Shown here piece by piece: positions 26,155-39,059 of a stretch of 64,000 nt of DNA. The notes under the pieces were generated by a model that saw only the letters and a list, made by a program, of their open reading frames with translations, did not search any database and had not been told where the DNA came from. Every line of letters starts with the position of its first letter. The stretch's first letter is position 1. Position numbers and translations under genes: made by a program. Source of the DNA: Nemertoderma westbladi (Eukaryota; Animalia; Xenacoelomorpha); contig JAUCBJ010001457.1 in assembly GCA_032718475.1 (NCBI GenBank), positions 98,919-162,918 on the forward strand, given 5' to 3'.

Positions 26155-26865
26155 GCTAATGGTAATATCCTATCGCGTTAAAATTAATGTGAAAGCAAGG
26201 AAGTATCAGATTACTGACATACTGCCGTAACGTTGTACGGTACCGGTACCTACTGTACCTAGGCTATGGACAATAAATAACTGAAAGTCTCCCTCTAACT
26301 GTGTCAGTTAGTATAGTCAGTCCTAGTCCTAGACTACATTTTCAGAACAGTTGTTTATTGTTGTGTTGGTCAGATAGATAGTGGCGCATGTTGACCGTAA
26401 ATTAAAAGTGTGATCTTCAACGGAAATTGAACGTAAGTGAAATAAAGTTTAGTTTATATTGTTTTGGTTAGAAAACACCTACACAGTAAACAGTACATTG
26501 CTCCTTTCCCTTAATGTTTTTAATGTAATTAAATTAAGTTTATAAACTCACTATGTATTATGTAAGTTCGCTTGTTCCCCCGTCGTTTAACTTAATTTAT
26601 ACCAATGTAGTACAGTACCAGGGACGTCGCAGCCACCCCTGCACCCCAGGGGGCGCAAGGCATGTGGGGCGCTGCCGATTTTTACAATGACGTAGTTTTT
26701 CGCGCTCAGCGAAAAAAAAATAAAAGATGGGGCCATGGCGTGTCCAGGGAAGAAATGGGGTCAGATTAGGATTAGTTATACACCCTATACCTCTAGCTAG
26801 CACACACTAGCTATGAATTGTTCGCCCAACTACTAGGATCGGCATGCTGCATTGCAGCTGCATTT

Positions 26866-28690
26866 TTAAGAATGCTGTGCCGGCTCATCGACAAAATTGC
26901 ACCGCCACAACTCCCTATCACCCATGACATTTGCTAGATCATCCGCATCTTCAAGGCCAGTGTCCTTTAAGATGCGTCTCAAGAAAGTCATGGGCTGTCC
27001 ACCATGCTTATTCACTCCATGAGGCTGCCAAAGTACAAGATTATGCACTGGCTGGTCCTCACGGCGAAAGCAATGTCCTGCAAAGCGGAGGCGATTTTGT
27101 TCTAGTGTCAAGCTTGGGGGAACCAATGAGACACCTCCAATGTTATATAGTGTCTGGTTGGAGATGTGTGCATTGTACTTGACATAATGAACCCGGCGTA
27201 GCATTCTTGTGAATGTGCCATCCAGAGATTTGGTGTCCTCAGCAGTTAGAACCCAGCATGGACTCCCATAGAGGAGTACTGGAACTACTGCTGCTCTAAA
27301 TAATCGGACCTTAAGTTACCGATTAATTCTCGATGACTTCCAAATCCTGGAAAGCCTATTCAAGGCTGCCCATGCCTTTCCCTTACGCATTCGAAGGTCC
27401 TCACCTGACTTCCGGATCCATGATTCCAGGTAACAGAAGTCATCCACATGCTCAAGCATACCATCTTTTGAGCTTATGCTCATCCGATCAGAGACTTGCT
27501 GAGGACTTTCAAAGTTAACTGTCAAAATTTTGGTCTTTCTGGAGTTAATAAAAAGACCAACATTAGCTGCAAGCAGCATGTTTTAATGAGCTGAGGAGCC
27601 GTTGGGCTCCCTCTAGTGATTCTGAGAGTACTCCTAAGTCATCAGCAAAGTCTAGATCAGTTAGGTACTTGGCAGGATTTCCTCGACTTCTGGAGCCAGT
27701 AGGTGGAGTTATCATCACCCCATCATCATTATGATGATCTAAGGACATGCGTAGAACATAGTCAACAACAATTATGAACAAGAATGGTGCAAGTGTGTCT
27801 CCCTGGAGGACGCCCCATAACACTTCAAATGGTTCTGTGTCACCGTCAACAGTAGACACAAATGTTGTCGAACCATCGTATACTGATCTGATTGCTGCAA
27901 TAATTTCATCAGGAATCCCATATAATGAAAGTATGCTGAACATACGTGAGCGAGAGACTGAATCAAAGGCCTTGGATAAGTCAACATAGATAACAGCCAG
28001 ATGCCTGTCTTTCTTTTTTGATAACTCTTCAATTATCCTTCTAAGTGCCAAAATGGGCTCCATGGTCCCACGACCTTTACGAGGTCTTACGGGAGCAGTC
28101 TCTCAATGAGATCCCTGATGCGATTTAATAGAATTCTATTGTATAGCTTTGCAGCAATCGAGATCAATGAGATTCCCCGAAAAGAACCATAGAGTTTTAG
28201 GTTGCCCTTCTTGGGAACTGGCACACTATCTCACTATCAGGGGGAACACCATCTACTCCACCGGCACGAGTGGTCTTAATGCTCTTTGCAGCAGCCTTCA
28301 CTTCTGCAAAGGAGATATCACCAATGGGAATATCTGGGAGTACAGACTCAGACACTTTTACTTCAATAAAGTTATCAGGCAATACCCTTTCATTATTGAG
28401 GAGCTTTTCAAAGTGGGCCTCTTCCAACCATTGAGGCGATCGGCTGGTGATTCAGCCTTAACCTTATTGGTTGGTTGGCTTTTTCGACCAGCAAGCAAGT
28501 TGATCGATCTCCATGCCTGGGGTGATTACCTGCTGTCGTCAGCATCATTGATGGCATCAACCTGTTGGTTTCTTAGCTCCTGTAAATTAACAGAGTACTG
28601 CCTGTTCAGGGACCTAGATGCAGCCTTAACTGCATTCTTGGCCGCTGTAGTCTGTTTGAGTCGGGACTCTTTCTGTGCCTTGTGTTCGCC
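26866..28690 (-). mobile_element. RTE-like non-LTR retrotransposon fragment, frameshifted RT
   Basis: Motifs DLSKAFDSV, GVLQGDTLAPFLF, LTDLDFADD and LRFAGHCFR across several broken ORFs. Confidence 0.85.
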
Positions 28691-28719
28691 CAAAGAGAGT
28701 ATTAAAAGTAAGATAAAAT

Positions 28720-28935
28720 CGTTTAAAAGTAAAATAAAGTGTATTATTGAAGTTAAGTAAAATAAAGTGTATTATTGAAGTTAAGTAAAATAAAGTGTAT
28801 TATTGAAGTTAAGTAAAATAAAGTGTATTAAAGCAAAATAATGTGTTTTAAAAGTAAAATACTGTAATGTGTATTAAAGTAAAATACTGTAATGTGTATT
28901 AAAGTAAAATACTGTAATGTGTATTAAAGTAAAAT
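28720..28935. repeat. AT-rich short tandem repeats (AAGTAAAATAAAGTGTATTATTGAAGTT and AAAGTAAAATACTGTAATGTGTATT units)
   Basis: About three copies of each unit are visible. Confidence 0.8.
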
Positions 28936-29464
28936 AAACATAGTAACATAAATTTATTACACACTACAAAATTAATTAATGTTTTAAATTTACAATAAAA
29001 ACTATTCAAATATAAAAAAAAATACTTGGGATAAGAGTAGCGCCCACTCCTAACTTCGGGTTCCAGCGGTGCCGAGGCGGCTTCGGACGACTGTTTGCTT
29101 TCTTGCTGCTCATTATTCAAATATTTCATCCTACAACACAAATTTACACTGACTGCGGGAGGGTGTCATCAATTTATACAGTAATTACAATCCTCCCGCA
29201 CTCTCACCCAGTCACCAAAAGTAGCTGTTATTGCCAATTAGTTGTGTAAATCGACTGCCAATCATAAGCAAGCAGCTGCACTCGCATTCTTAGACCTTAA
29301 TGCATCACAATAGTTCCAGCTTTGTTTATCTGGAACTGGAAGAGGAGAGCAGAAACCTCATTCAACAGTCAGATTCAATAACTAATAAGTTGCTAAGTCA
29401 CATTACAGTAAGTTACGGTTGATGGGCTGGGGTTTATCCTTGGATCAATATCTATAGCTGGTGG

Positions 29465-29670
29465 GGTGTGCCACGCGGTGTGCGAAGCGATGTGCCTCGC
29501 CGTGTGCCACGTAATGTGACATGCGGTGTGCCACGCGGTATGCCACGTAATGTGCCACGCGGTGTATTACGTAATGTGCGACGCGGTGTGCCACGCAGTG
29601 TGTCTCATAGTGTGTCTCATAGTGTGTCACACGGTGTGCCACGCGGTGTGACACGTAGTGTGCCACGTAC
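29465..29670. repeat. Degenerate 12-bp tandem repeat (GTGTGCCACGCG-like)
   Basis: Recurrent tgtgccacg units, with HRVA/HYVA periodicity in translation. Confidence 0.8.
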
Positions 29671-30568
29671 CAGGCCGCATTTCACTAATGATATTGAAAT
29701 CCTTGACAATATAGTTTAATGTTAAGAACTGAGATGTTCGAGTTGAAAGTTTACAAAATATAGGCCATAAAGTCTGAATAACAATCGGTAACTAGGAAGA
29801 ATGTCTATTATTGGAAGCCGTTAATTATAAAAGCATTCTGGAACATTATTTGTATATTATATATTGTATTATATTATGTATTATATATATTTGTATATGT
29901 ATACCTTTGTAGACTATAGGGACGTTCACATATAAACATTATACTTTCAAAATGCAACTTTTAACATCCAAAAGGCACTACCCGTGGGTAAGTTCTGTTG
30001 AAAGTTGAAAACTGGAGTTTCTAGCATCGACAGCCAATCAGAAGTAGCAACTATTTACTGTACCTACTGAATAATGCGGGATCATTTTACAACTTTTTTT
30101 TGCAATACAGCCAAATATGTTTTATGAGCTCAAAGTTGAACATTGATATTGAATGTTTATTATGTGAAATGGGACATAGTTATTTTAAATTTGAATGTTG
30201 AAACAAATACGACGTAACCTGAATTACTAATAATATTAAATAAAAAGAAAATGATAAGTAATTGATGAATAGTCTCAACTCCCGCGTGATAAAGGTCAAT
30301 ATATACTAGAGCAATATAGATAGTCCTTCTACATTATGTCCTACTAGCCTCGATACAACATGGAAATATAATAATATATCTCCATGTAAGGCTAACCAAC
30401 CAAGTTTATCATAAGATAAACCGTTAAGATCTATTTGTTTACATTCCAACGGATTGAATAAGGTACAATATACTTGGTACAATGGATAATGTATAGTCGT
30501 CTTTCATACCATTCCAAAAAAGGTAAGTCGGAAAAAAATGTAAGTCAACTAGTTAGTTTTAATAGGCA

Positions 30569-33500
30569 ATGGGGATCGGAACACGTGAGTGAGAGTCAGT
30601 GCTGGGGATCGGAACACATGAGTGAGAGTGAGTGTTGGGGATCGGAACACGTGAGTGAGAGTGAGTGTTGGGGATCGGAACACGTGAGTGAGAGTGAGTG
30701 CTGGGGATCGGAACACATGAGTGAGAGTGAGTGCTGGGGATCGGAGCACGTGAGTGAGAGTGAGTGCTGGGGATCGGAACACGTGAGTGAGAGTGAGTGT
30801 CAGGATATGGGGATCGGTACACGTGAGTGAGAGTGAGTGCTGGGTATCGGAGCACGTGAGTGAGAGTGAGTGCTGGGGATCGGAACACGCGAGTGAGAGT
30901 GAATGCTGGGGATTGGAACACATGAGTGAGAGTGAGTGTTGGGGATCGGAACACGTGAGTGAGAGTGAGTGTTGGGGATCGGAACACGTGAGTGAGAGTG
31001 AGTGCTGGGGATCGGAACACATGAGTGAGAGTGAGTGCTGGGGATCGGAGCACGTGAGTGAGAGTGAGTGCTGGGGATCGGAACACGTGAGTGAGAGTGA
31101 GTGTCAGGATATGGGGATCGGTACACGTGAGTGAGAGTGAGTGCTGGGTATCGGAGCACGTGAGTGAGAGTGAGTGCTGGGGATCGGAACACGCGAGTGA
31201 GAGTGAATGCTGGGGATTGGAACACATGAGTGAGAGTGAGTGTTGGGGATCGGAACACGTGAGTGAGAGTGAGTGTTGGGGATCGGAGCACGTGAGTGAG
31301 AGTGAGTGTTGGGGATCGGAACACTTGAGTGAGAGTGAGTGTTGGGGATCGGAACACGTGAGTGAGAGTGAGTGTTGGGGATCGGAACACTTGAGTGAGA
31401 GTGAGTGTTGGGGATCGGAACACGTGAGTGAGAGTCAGTGCTGGGGATCGGAACACATGAGTGAGAGTGAGTGTTGGGGATCGGAACACGTGAGTGAGAG
31501 TGAGTGTTGGGGATCGGAGCACGTGAGTGAGAGTGAGTGTTGGGGATCGGAACACTTGAGTGAGAGTGAGTGTTGGGGATCGGAACATCGTGAGGTGAGA
31601 GTGAGTGTTGGGGATCGGAACACGTGAGTGAGAGTGAGTGTTGGGGATCGGAGCACGTGAGTGAGAGTGAGTGTTGGGGATCGGAACACTTGAGTGAGAG
31701 TGAGTGTTGGGGATCGGAACACGTGAGTGAGAGTCAGTGCTGGGGATCGGAACACATGAGTGAGAGTCAGTGTTGGGGATCGGAACACTTGAGTGAGAGT
31801 GAGTGTTGGGGATCGGAACACGTGAGTGAGAGTGAGTGCTGGGGATCGGAACATATGAGTGAGAGTGAGTGCTGGGGATCGGAGCACGTGAGTGAGAGTG
31901 AGTGCTGGGGATCGGAACACGTGAGTGAGAGTGAGTGTCAGGATATGGGGATCGGTACACGTGAGTGAGAGTGAGTGCTGGGTATCGGAGCACGTGAGTG
32001 AGAGTGAGTGCTGGGGATCGGAACACGTGAGTGAGAGTGAGTGCTGGGGATCGGAACACGTGAGTGAGAGTGAGTGTTGGGGATCGGAACACTTGAGTGA
32101 GAGTGAGTGTTGGGGATCGGAACACGTGAGTGAGAGTGAGTGCTGGGGATCGGAGCACGTGAGTGAGAGTGAGTGCTGGGGATCGGAACACGTGAGTGAG
32201 AGTGAGTGCTGGGGATCGGAACACGTGAGTGAGAGTGAGTGTTGGGGATCGGAACACGTGAGTGAGAGTGAGTGCTGGGGATCGGAACACATGAGTGAGA
32301 GTGAGTGTTGGGGATCGGAACACGTGAGTGAGAGTGAGTGTTGGGGATCGGAACACTTGAGTGAGAGTGAGAGTGAGTGCTGGGGATCGGAACACATGAG
32401 TGAGAGTGAGTGTTGGGGATCGGAACACGTGAGTGAGAGTGAGTGCTGGGGATCGGAACACATGAGTGAGAGTGAGTGTTGGGGATCGGAACACGTGAGT
32501 GAGAGTGAGTGTTGGGGATCGGAACACGTGAGTGAGAGTGAGTGCAGGGGATCGGAACACATGAGTGAGAGTCAGTGTTGGGGATCGGAACATGTGGGTG
32601 AGAGTGAGCGTTGGGGATCGGAACACGTGAGTGAGAGTGAGTGTTGGAGATCGGAGCACGTGAGTGAGAGTGAGTGTTGGGGATCGGAACACGTGAGTGA
32701 GAGTGAGTGCTGGGGATCGGAGCACGTGAGTGAGAGTGAGTGCTGAGGATCGGAACACGTGAGTGAGAGTGAGTGTCAGGATATGGGGATCGGTACACGT
32801 GAGTGAGAGTGAGTGCTGGGGATCGGAGCACGTGAGTGAGAGTGAGTGCTGGGGATCGGAACACGTGAGTGAGAGTGAGTGCTGGGGATCGGAACACGAG
32901 AGTGAGTGTTTGGGATCGGAACACGTGAGTGAGAGTGAGTGTAAGGATATGGGGATCGGAACAAGTGAGTGAGAGTGAGTGTAAGGATATGGGGATCGGA
33001 ACACGTGAGTGAGAGTGAGTGCAAGGATATGGGGATAGGAACACGTGAGTGAGAGTGAGTGTAAGGATATGGGGATAGGAACACGTGATTGAGAGTGAGT
33101 GCAAGGATATGGGGATCGGAACACGTGAGTGAGAGTGAGTGTTGGGGATCGGAACACTTGAGTGAGAGTGAGTGTTGGGGATCGGAACACGTGAGTGAGA
33201 GTGAGTGCTGGGGATCGGAACACATGAGTGAGAGTGAGTGTTGGGGATCGGAACACGTGAGTGAGAGTGAGTGTTGGGGATCGGAACACGTGAGTGAGAG
33301 TGAGTGCTGGGGATCGGAACACATGAGTGAGAGTCAGTGTTGGGGATCGGAACATGTGGGTGAGAGTGAGCGTTGGGGATCGGAACACGTGAGTGAGAGT
33401 GAGTGTTGGGGATCGGAGCACGTGAGTGAGAGTGAGTGTTGGGGATCGGAACACGTGAGTGAGAGTGAGTGCTGGGGATCGGAGCACGTGAGTGAGAGTG

Positions 33501-36500
33501 AGTGCTGGGGATCGGAACACGTGAGTGAGAGTGAGTGTCAGGATATGGGGATCGGTACACGTGAGTGAGAGTGAGTGCTGGGGATCGGAGCACGTGAGTG
33601 AGAGTGAGTGCTGGGGATCGGAACACGTGAGTGAGAGTGAGTGCTGGGGATCGGAACACGAGAGTGAGAGTGAGTGTAAGGATATGGGGATCGGAACACG
33701 TGAGTGAGAGTGAGTGTAAGGATATGGGGATCGGAACACGTGAGTGAGAGTGAGTGCTGAGGATCGGAACACGTGAGTGTGAGTGAGTGCTGGGGATCGG
33801 AACACGTGAGTGAGAGTGAGTGTAAGGATATGGGGATCGGAACACGTGAGTGAGAGTGAGTGTAAGGATATGGGGATCGGAACACGTGATTGAGAGTGAG
33901 TGCAAGGATATGGGGATCGGAACACGTGAGTGAGAGTGAGTGCTGAGGATCGGAACACGTGAGTGAGAGTGAGTGCTGGGGATCGGAACACATGAGTGAG
34001 AGTGAGTGCAAGGATATGGGGATCGGAACACATGGGTGAGAGTGAATCCAAGGATATGGGGATCGGAACACGTGAGTGAGAGTGAGTGCAAGGATATGGG
34101 GATCGGAACACGTGATTGAGAGTGAGTGCTAAGGATATGGGGATCGGAACACGTGAGTGAGTGTGAGTGCTGGGGATCGGAACACGTGAGTGAGAGTGAG
34201 TGTAAGGATATGGGGATCGGAACACATGAGTGAGAGTGAGTGCAAGGATATGGGGATCGGAACACGTGAGTGAGAGTGAGTGCAAGGATATGGGGATCGG
34301 AACACGTGAGTGAGAGTGAGTGCAAGGATATGGGGATAGGAACACGTGAGTGAGAGTGAGTGCAAGGATATGGGGATCGGAAAACGTGATTGAGAGTGAG
34401 TGCAAGGATATGGGGATCGGAACACGTGAGTGAGAGTGAGTGTAAGGATATGGGGATCGGAACACGTGATTGAGAGTGAGTGCAAGGATATGGGGATCGG
34501 AACACGTGAGTGAGAGTGAGTGCCGAGGATCGGAACACGTGAGTGAGAGTGAGTGCTGGGGATCGGAACACGTGAGTGAGAGTGAGTGTAAGGATATGGG
34601 GATCGGAACACGTGAGTGAGAGTGAGTGCAAGGATATGGGGATCGGAACACGTGAGTGAGAGTGAGTGCAAGGATATGGGGATCGGAACACGTGTATTGA
34701 GAGTGAGTGCAAGGATATGGGGATCGGAACACGTGAGTGAGAGTGAGTGCTGGGGATCGGAACACGTGAGTGAGAGTGAGTGCTGGGGATCGGAACACGT
34801 GAGTGAGAGTGAGTGTAAGGATATGGGGATCGGAACACGTGAGTGAGAGTGAGTGCAAGGATATGGGGATCGGAACACGTGATTGGAGTCAGTGAGTGCA
34901 AGGATATGGGGATCGGAACACGTGAGTGAGAGTGAGTGTAAGGATATGGGGATCGGAACACGTGATTGAGAGTGAGTGCAAGCATATGGGAATCGGAATA
35001 CGTGAGTGAGAGTGAGTACTGAGGATCGGAACACGTGAGTGAGAGTGAGTGCTGGGGATCGGAACACGTGAGTGAGAGTGAGTGCTGGGGATCGGAACAC
35101 GTGAGTGAGAGTGAGTGTAAGGATATGGGGATCGGAACACGTGATTGAGAGTGAGTGAGTGCAAGGATATGGGAATCGGAACACGTGAGTGAGAGTGAGT
35201 GTAAGGATATGGGGATCGGAACACGTGATTGAGAGTGAATGCAAGGATATGGGGATCGGAATACGTGAGTGAGAGTGAGTACTGAGGATCGGAACACGTG
35301 AGTGAGAGTGAGTGCTGGGGATCGGAACACGTGAGTGAGAGTGAGTGTCAGGATATGGGGATCGGAACACGTGAGTGAGAGTGAGTGCAAGGATATGGGG
35401 ATCGGAACACGTGAGTGAGAGTGAGTGCAAGGATATGGGGATCGGAACACGTGAGTGAGAGTGAGTGTAAGGATATGGGGATAGGAACACGTGATTGAGA
35501 GTGAGTGCAAGGATATGGGGATCGGAACACGTGAGTGAGTGTGAGTGCTGGGGATCGGAACACGTGAGTGAGAGTGAGTGTAAGGATATGGGGATCGGAA
35601 CACGTGAGTGAGAGTGAGTGCAAGGATATGGGGATCGGAACACGTGAGTGAGAGTGAGTGCAAGGATATGGGGATCGGAACACGTGAGTGAGAGTGAGTG
35701 CTGGGGATCGGAACACGTGAGTGAGAGTGAGTGTCAGGATATGGGGATCGGAACACGTGAGTGAGAGTGAGTGCAAGGATATGGGGATCGGAACACGTGA
35801 GTGAGTGTGAGTGCTGGGGATCGGAACACGTGAGTGAGAGTGAGTGTAAGGATATGGGGATAGGAACACGTGATTGAGAGTGAGTGCAAGGATATGGGGA
35901 TCGGAACACGTGAGTGAGTGTGAGTGCTGGGGATCGGAACACGTGAGTGAGAGTGAGTGTAAGGATATGGGGATCGGAACACGTGAGTGAGAGTGAGTGC
36001 AAGGATATGGGGATCGGAACACGTGATTGAGAGTGAGTGCAAGGATATGGGGATCGGAACACGTGAGTGAGAGTGAGTGCTGAGGATCGGAACACGTGAG
36101 TGAGAGTGAGTGCAAGGATATGGGGATCGGAACACGTGATTGAGAGTGAGTGCTGGGGATCGGAACACGTGAGTGAGAGTGAGTGCTGGGGATCGGAACA
36201 CGTGAGTGAGAGTGAGTGCAAGGATATGGGGATCGGAACACGTGAGTGAGAGTGAGTGCTGAGGATCGGAATACGTGAGTGAGAGTGAGTGCTGGGGATC
36301 GGAACACGTGAGTGAGAGTGAGTGTAAGGATATGGGGATCGGAACACGTGAGTGAGAGTGAGTGCAAGGATATGGGGATCGGAACACGTGAGTGAGAGTG
36401 AGTGCAAGGATATGGGGATCGGAACACGTGAGTGAGAGTGAGTGCTGGGGATCGGAACACGTGATTGAGAGTGAGTGCTGGGGATCGGAACACGTGAGTG

Positions 36501-37412
36501 AGAGTGAGTGTTGGGGATCGGAACACGTGAGTGAGAGTGAGTGCAAGGATATGGGGATCGGAACACGTGAGTGAGAGTGAGTGTTTGGGATCGGAACACG
36601 TGAGTGAGAGTGAGTGTTGGGGATCGGAACACGTGAGTGAGAGTGAGTGTTGGGGATCGGAACACGTGAGTGAGAGTGAGTGCAAGGATATGGGGATCGG
36701 AACACGTGAGTGAGAGTGAGTGCAAGGATATGGGGATCGGAACACGTGGGTGAGAGTGAGTGCAAGGATATGGGGATCGGAACACGTGAGTGAGAGTGAG
36801 TGTTGGGGATCGGGACACATGAGTGAGAGTGAGTGTTGGGGATCGGAACACATGAGTGAGAGTGAATGTAAGGATATGGGGATCGGAACACGTGAGTGAG
36901 AGTGAGTGCAAGGATATGGGGATCGGAACACGTGAGTGAGAGTGAGTGTTGGGGATCGGGACACATGAGTGAGAGTGAGTGTTGGGGATCGGAACACATG
37001 AGTGAGAGTGAGTGCAAGGATATGGGGATCGGAACACGTGAGTGAGAGTGAGTGTTTGGGATCGGAACACATGAGTGAGAGTGAGTGTTGGGGATCGGAA
37101 CACGTGAGTGAGAGTGAGTGTAAGGATATGGGGATCGGAACACGTGAGTGAGAGTGAGTGTCTGGGATCGGAACACATGAGTGAGAGTGAGTGCAATGAT
37201 ATGGGGATCGGAACACGTGAGTGAGAGTGAGTGTTTGGGATCGGAACACATGAGTGAGAGTGAGTGTTGGGGATCGGAACACATGAGTGAGAGTGAGTGC
37301 AAGGATATGGGGATCGGAACACGTGAGTGAGAGTGAGTGTAAGGGTATGGGGATCGGAACACGTGAGTGAGAGTGAGGTGGTCTGGGGATCGGAACACAT
37401 GAGTGAGAGTGA
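30569..37412. repeat. Minisatellite of mixed 33-bp (TGGGGATCGGAACACGTGAGTGAGAGTGAGTGC) and 40-bp (+AAGGATA) units
   Basis: About 6.8 kb of tandem units with strong strand asymmetry (G-rich + strand). Confidence 0.98.
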
Positions 37413-38447
37413 GAACTCCATACAGAAGATACTTATCACAAAGTACTTTAATGTATTCGTATCCCGGTATCTTTATTTTTTAACTTACTCACTACTTTGA
37501 TATGATAATTAATTAAGAAACCACTCGTATCGAGAATAGGTATCAGAACACAGTTGAATTTCAATGCTCTATGGCCTTGGAGTTCGAAAGTAAAAAAAAA
37601 TAGTGAACATTATTGATAAATTACTTCATTATATTTAATAAATTATATTAAATTCGATTTAATTAAATTTGATAACATTACAGAGAAAAAAAATTATATA
37701 GTTGAAAACAAGGAAATGTAATTTAATTAAAGAAGTGGTTGAAGTTATTAACAGTTAAAAATTACATGACATGACGTCACATAAATGAACCAATCAATGA
37801 ATGCGTAATAATAAGTAAAATGCGGCACCATCAAACAATTAACTGCTATTTCGAATAATATATAATAAATACTGCATGAAAGGTAGTCGAACGTTGGTGA
37901 GGCCACAAACGGTTTGCAGCACAACTCTAAGAATTGTTGTGGGTCTATAATCTATACGAGACGCCGGTACCTAATTCGGGGTATTCTGGATAACGATTGA
38001 AATCGAGAAAGTTAAAAATTAATTAATAATTTAAGCTCAGTTAGTAAAAACAAAAGCATTTATCTCTACAATACGGCCATAAGTCATTTTATGTTATATA
38101 TAATATTCTGGATGGAGTGGCAAGAGGGAGTGCGATGATTAAACTAAAAAAAACTAAAGAAATGAAGTAAATAAATTACGGCAGCTGTTAGCTGTAGTTT
38201 CTGTATCTACAAACCAAAAGGACCCAAACTAAATCCCCAACCCAAAAACTATATGTCTACAAGCGAAAAATAATAAAGAAGGCCGCCACGACAGGTTTCC
38301 TGAGTGTCTATGACCATCCCATAGATCCAGGGCGTGAGAGTGCATCTGGTTTGTAGAACAACAATCTGATAACATAAAAAATTAAAAGGCATATAAAATA
38401 GTCTCCACGACTAAAGAATAAAAATAGTATCAAATTATGACTATTAC

Positions 38448-39050
38448 TATAAACCCACAGCATTGCACCCCCATTGCCGCCCGTTGGTGTCTATAAACCA
38501 ACAGCAATGCAGCCCCAATTTCCCCCCGTTGGTGTCTATAAACCCACAGCACTGCAGCCCCCATTGCCGTCCGTTGGTGTCTATAAACCCACAGCACTGC
38601 AGCCCCCATTGCCCCCCGTTGGTGTCTATAAACCCACAGCACTACAGCCCCCATTGCCACCCGTTGGTGTCTATAAACCCACAGAACTGCAGCCCCCATT
38701 GCCCCCCGTTGGTGTCTATAAACCCAGCACTACAGCCCCCCATTGCCGTCCGTTGGTGTCTATAAACCCACAGCACTGCAGCCCCCATTGCCGTCCGTTG
38801 GTGTCTATAAACCCACAGCACTGCAGCCCCCATTGCCGCCCGTTGGTGTCTATAAAGCCACAACACTACAGCCCCCATTGCCGCCCGTTGGTGTCTATAA
38901 ACCCACAGCACTGCAGCCCCCATTGCCGTCCGTTGGTGTCTATAAACCCACAGCATGCAGCCCCCATTGCCCCCCGTTGGTGTCTATAAACCCAGCACTA
39001 CAGCCCCCCGTTGCCCCCCACTACAGCCCCCATTGCCCCCCGTGTCTACA
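38448..39050. repeat. Minisatellite, 45-bp unit CCCATTGCCGCCCGTTGGTGTCTATAAACCCACAGCACTGCAGCC, about 12 copies, just 3' of the JIP stop codon
   Basis: Tandem units with 15-aa periodicity in translation. Confidence 0.95.
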
Positions 39051-39059
39051 CCGCTCCCG

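Noticed and set aside
30474-37439. ORFs up to 1,833 aa (His/Ser/Thr-rich)
   Set aside because: Translations of the 33/40-bp satellite, open in several overlapping frames.
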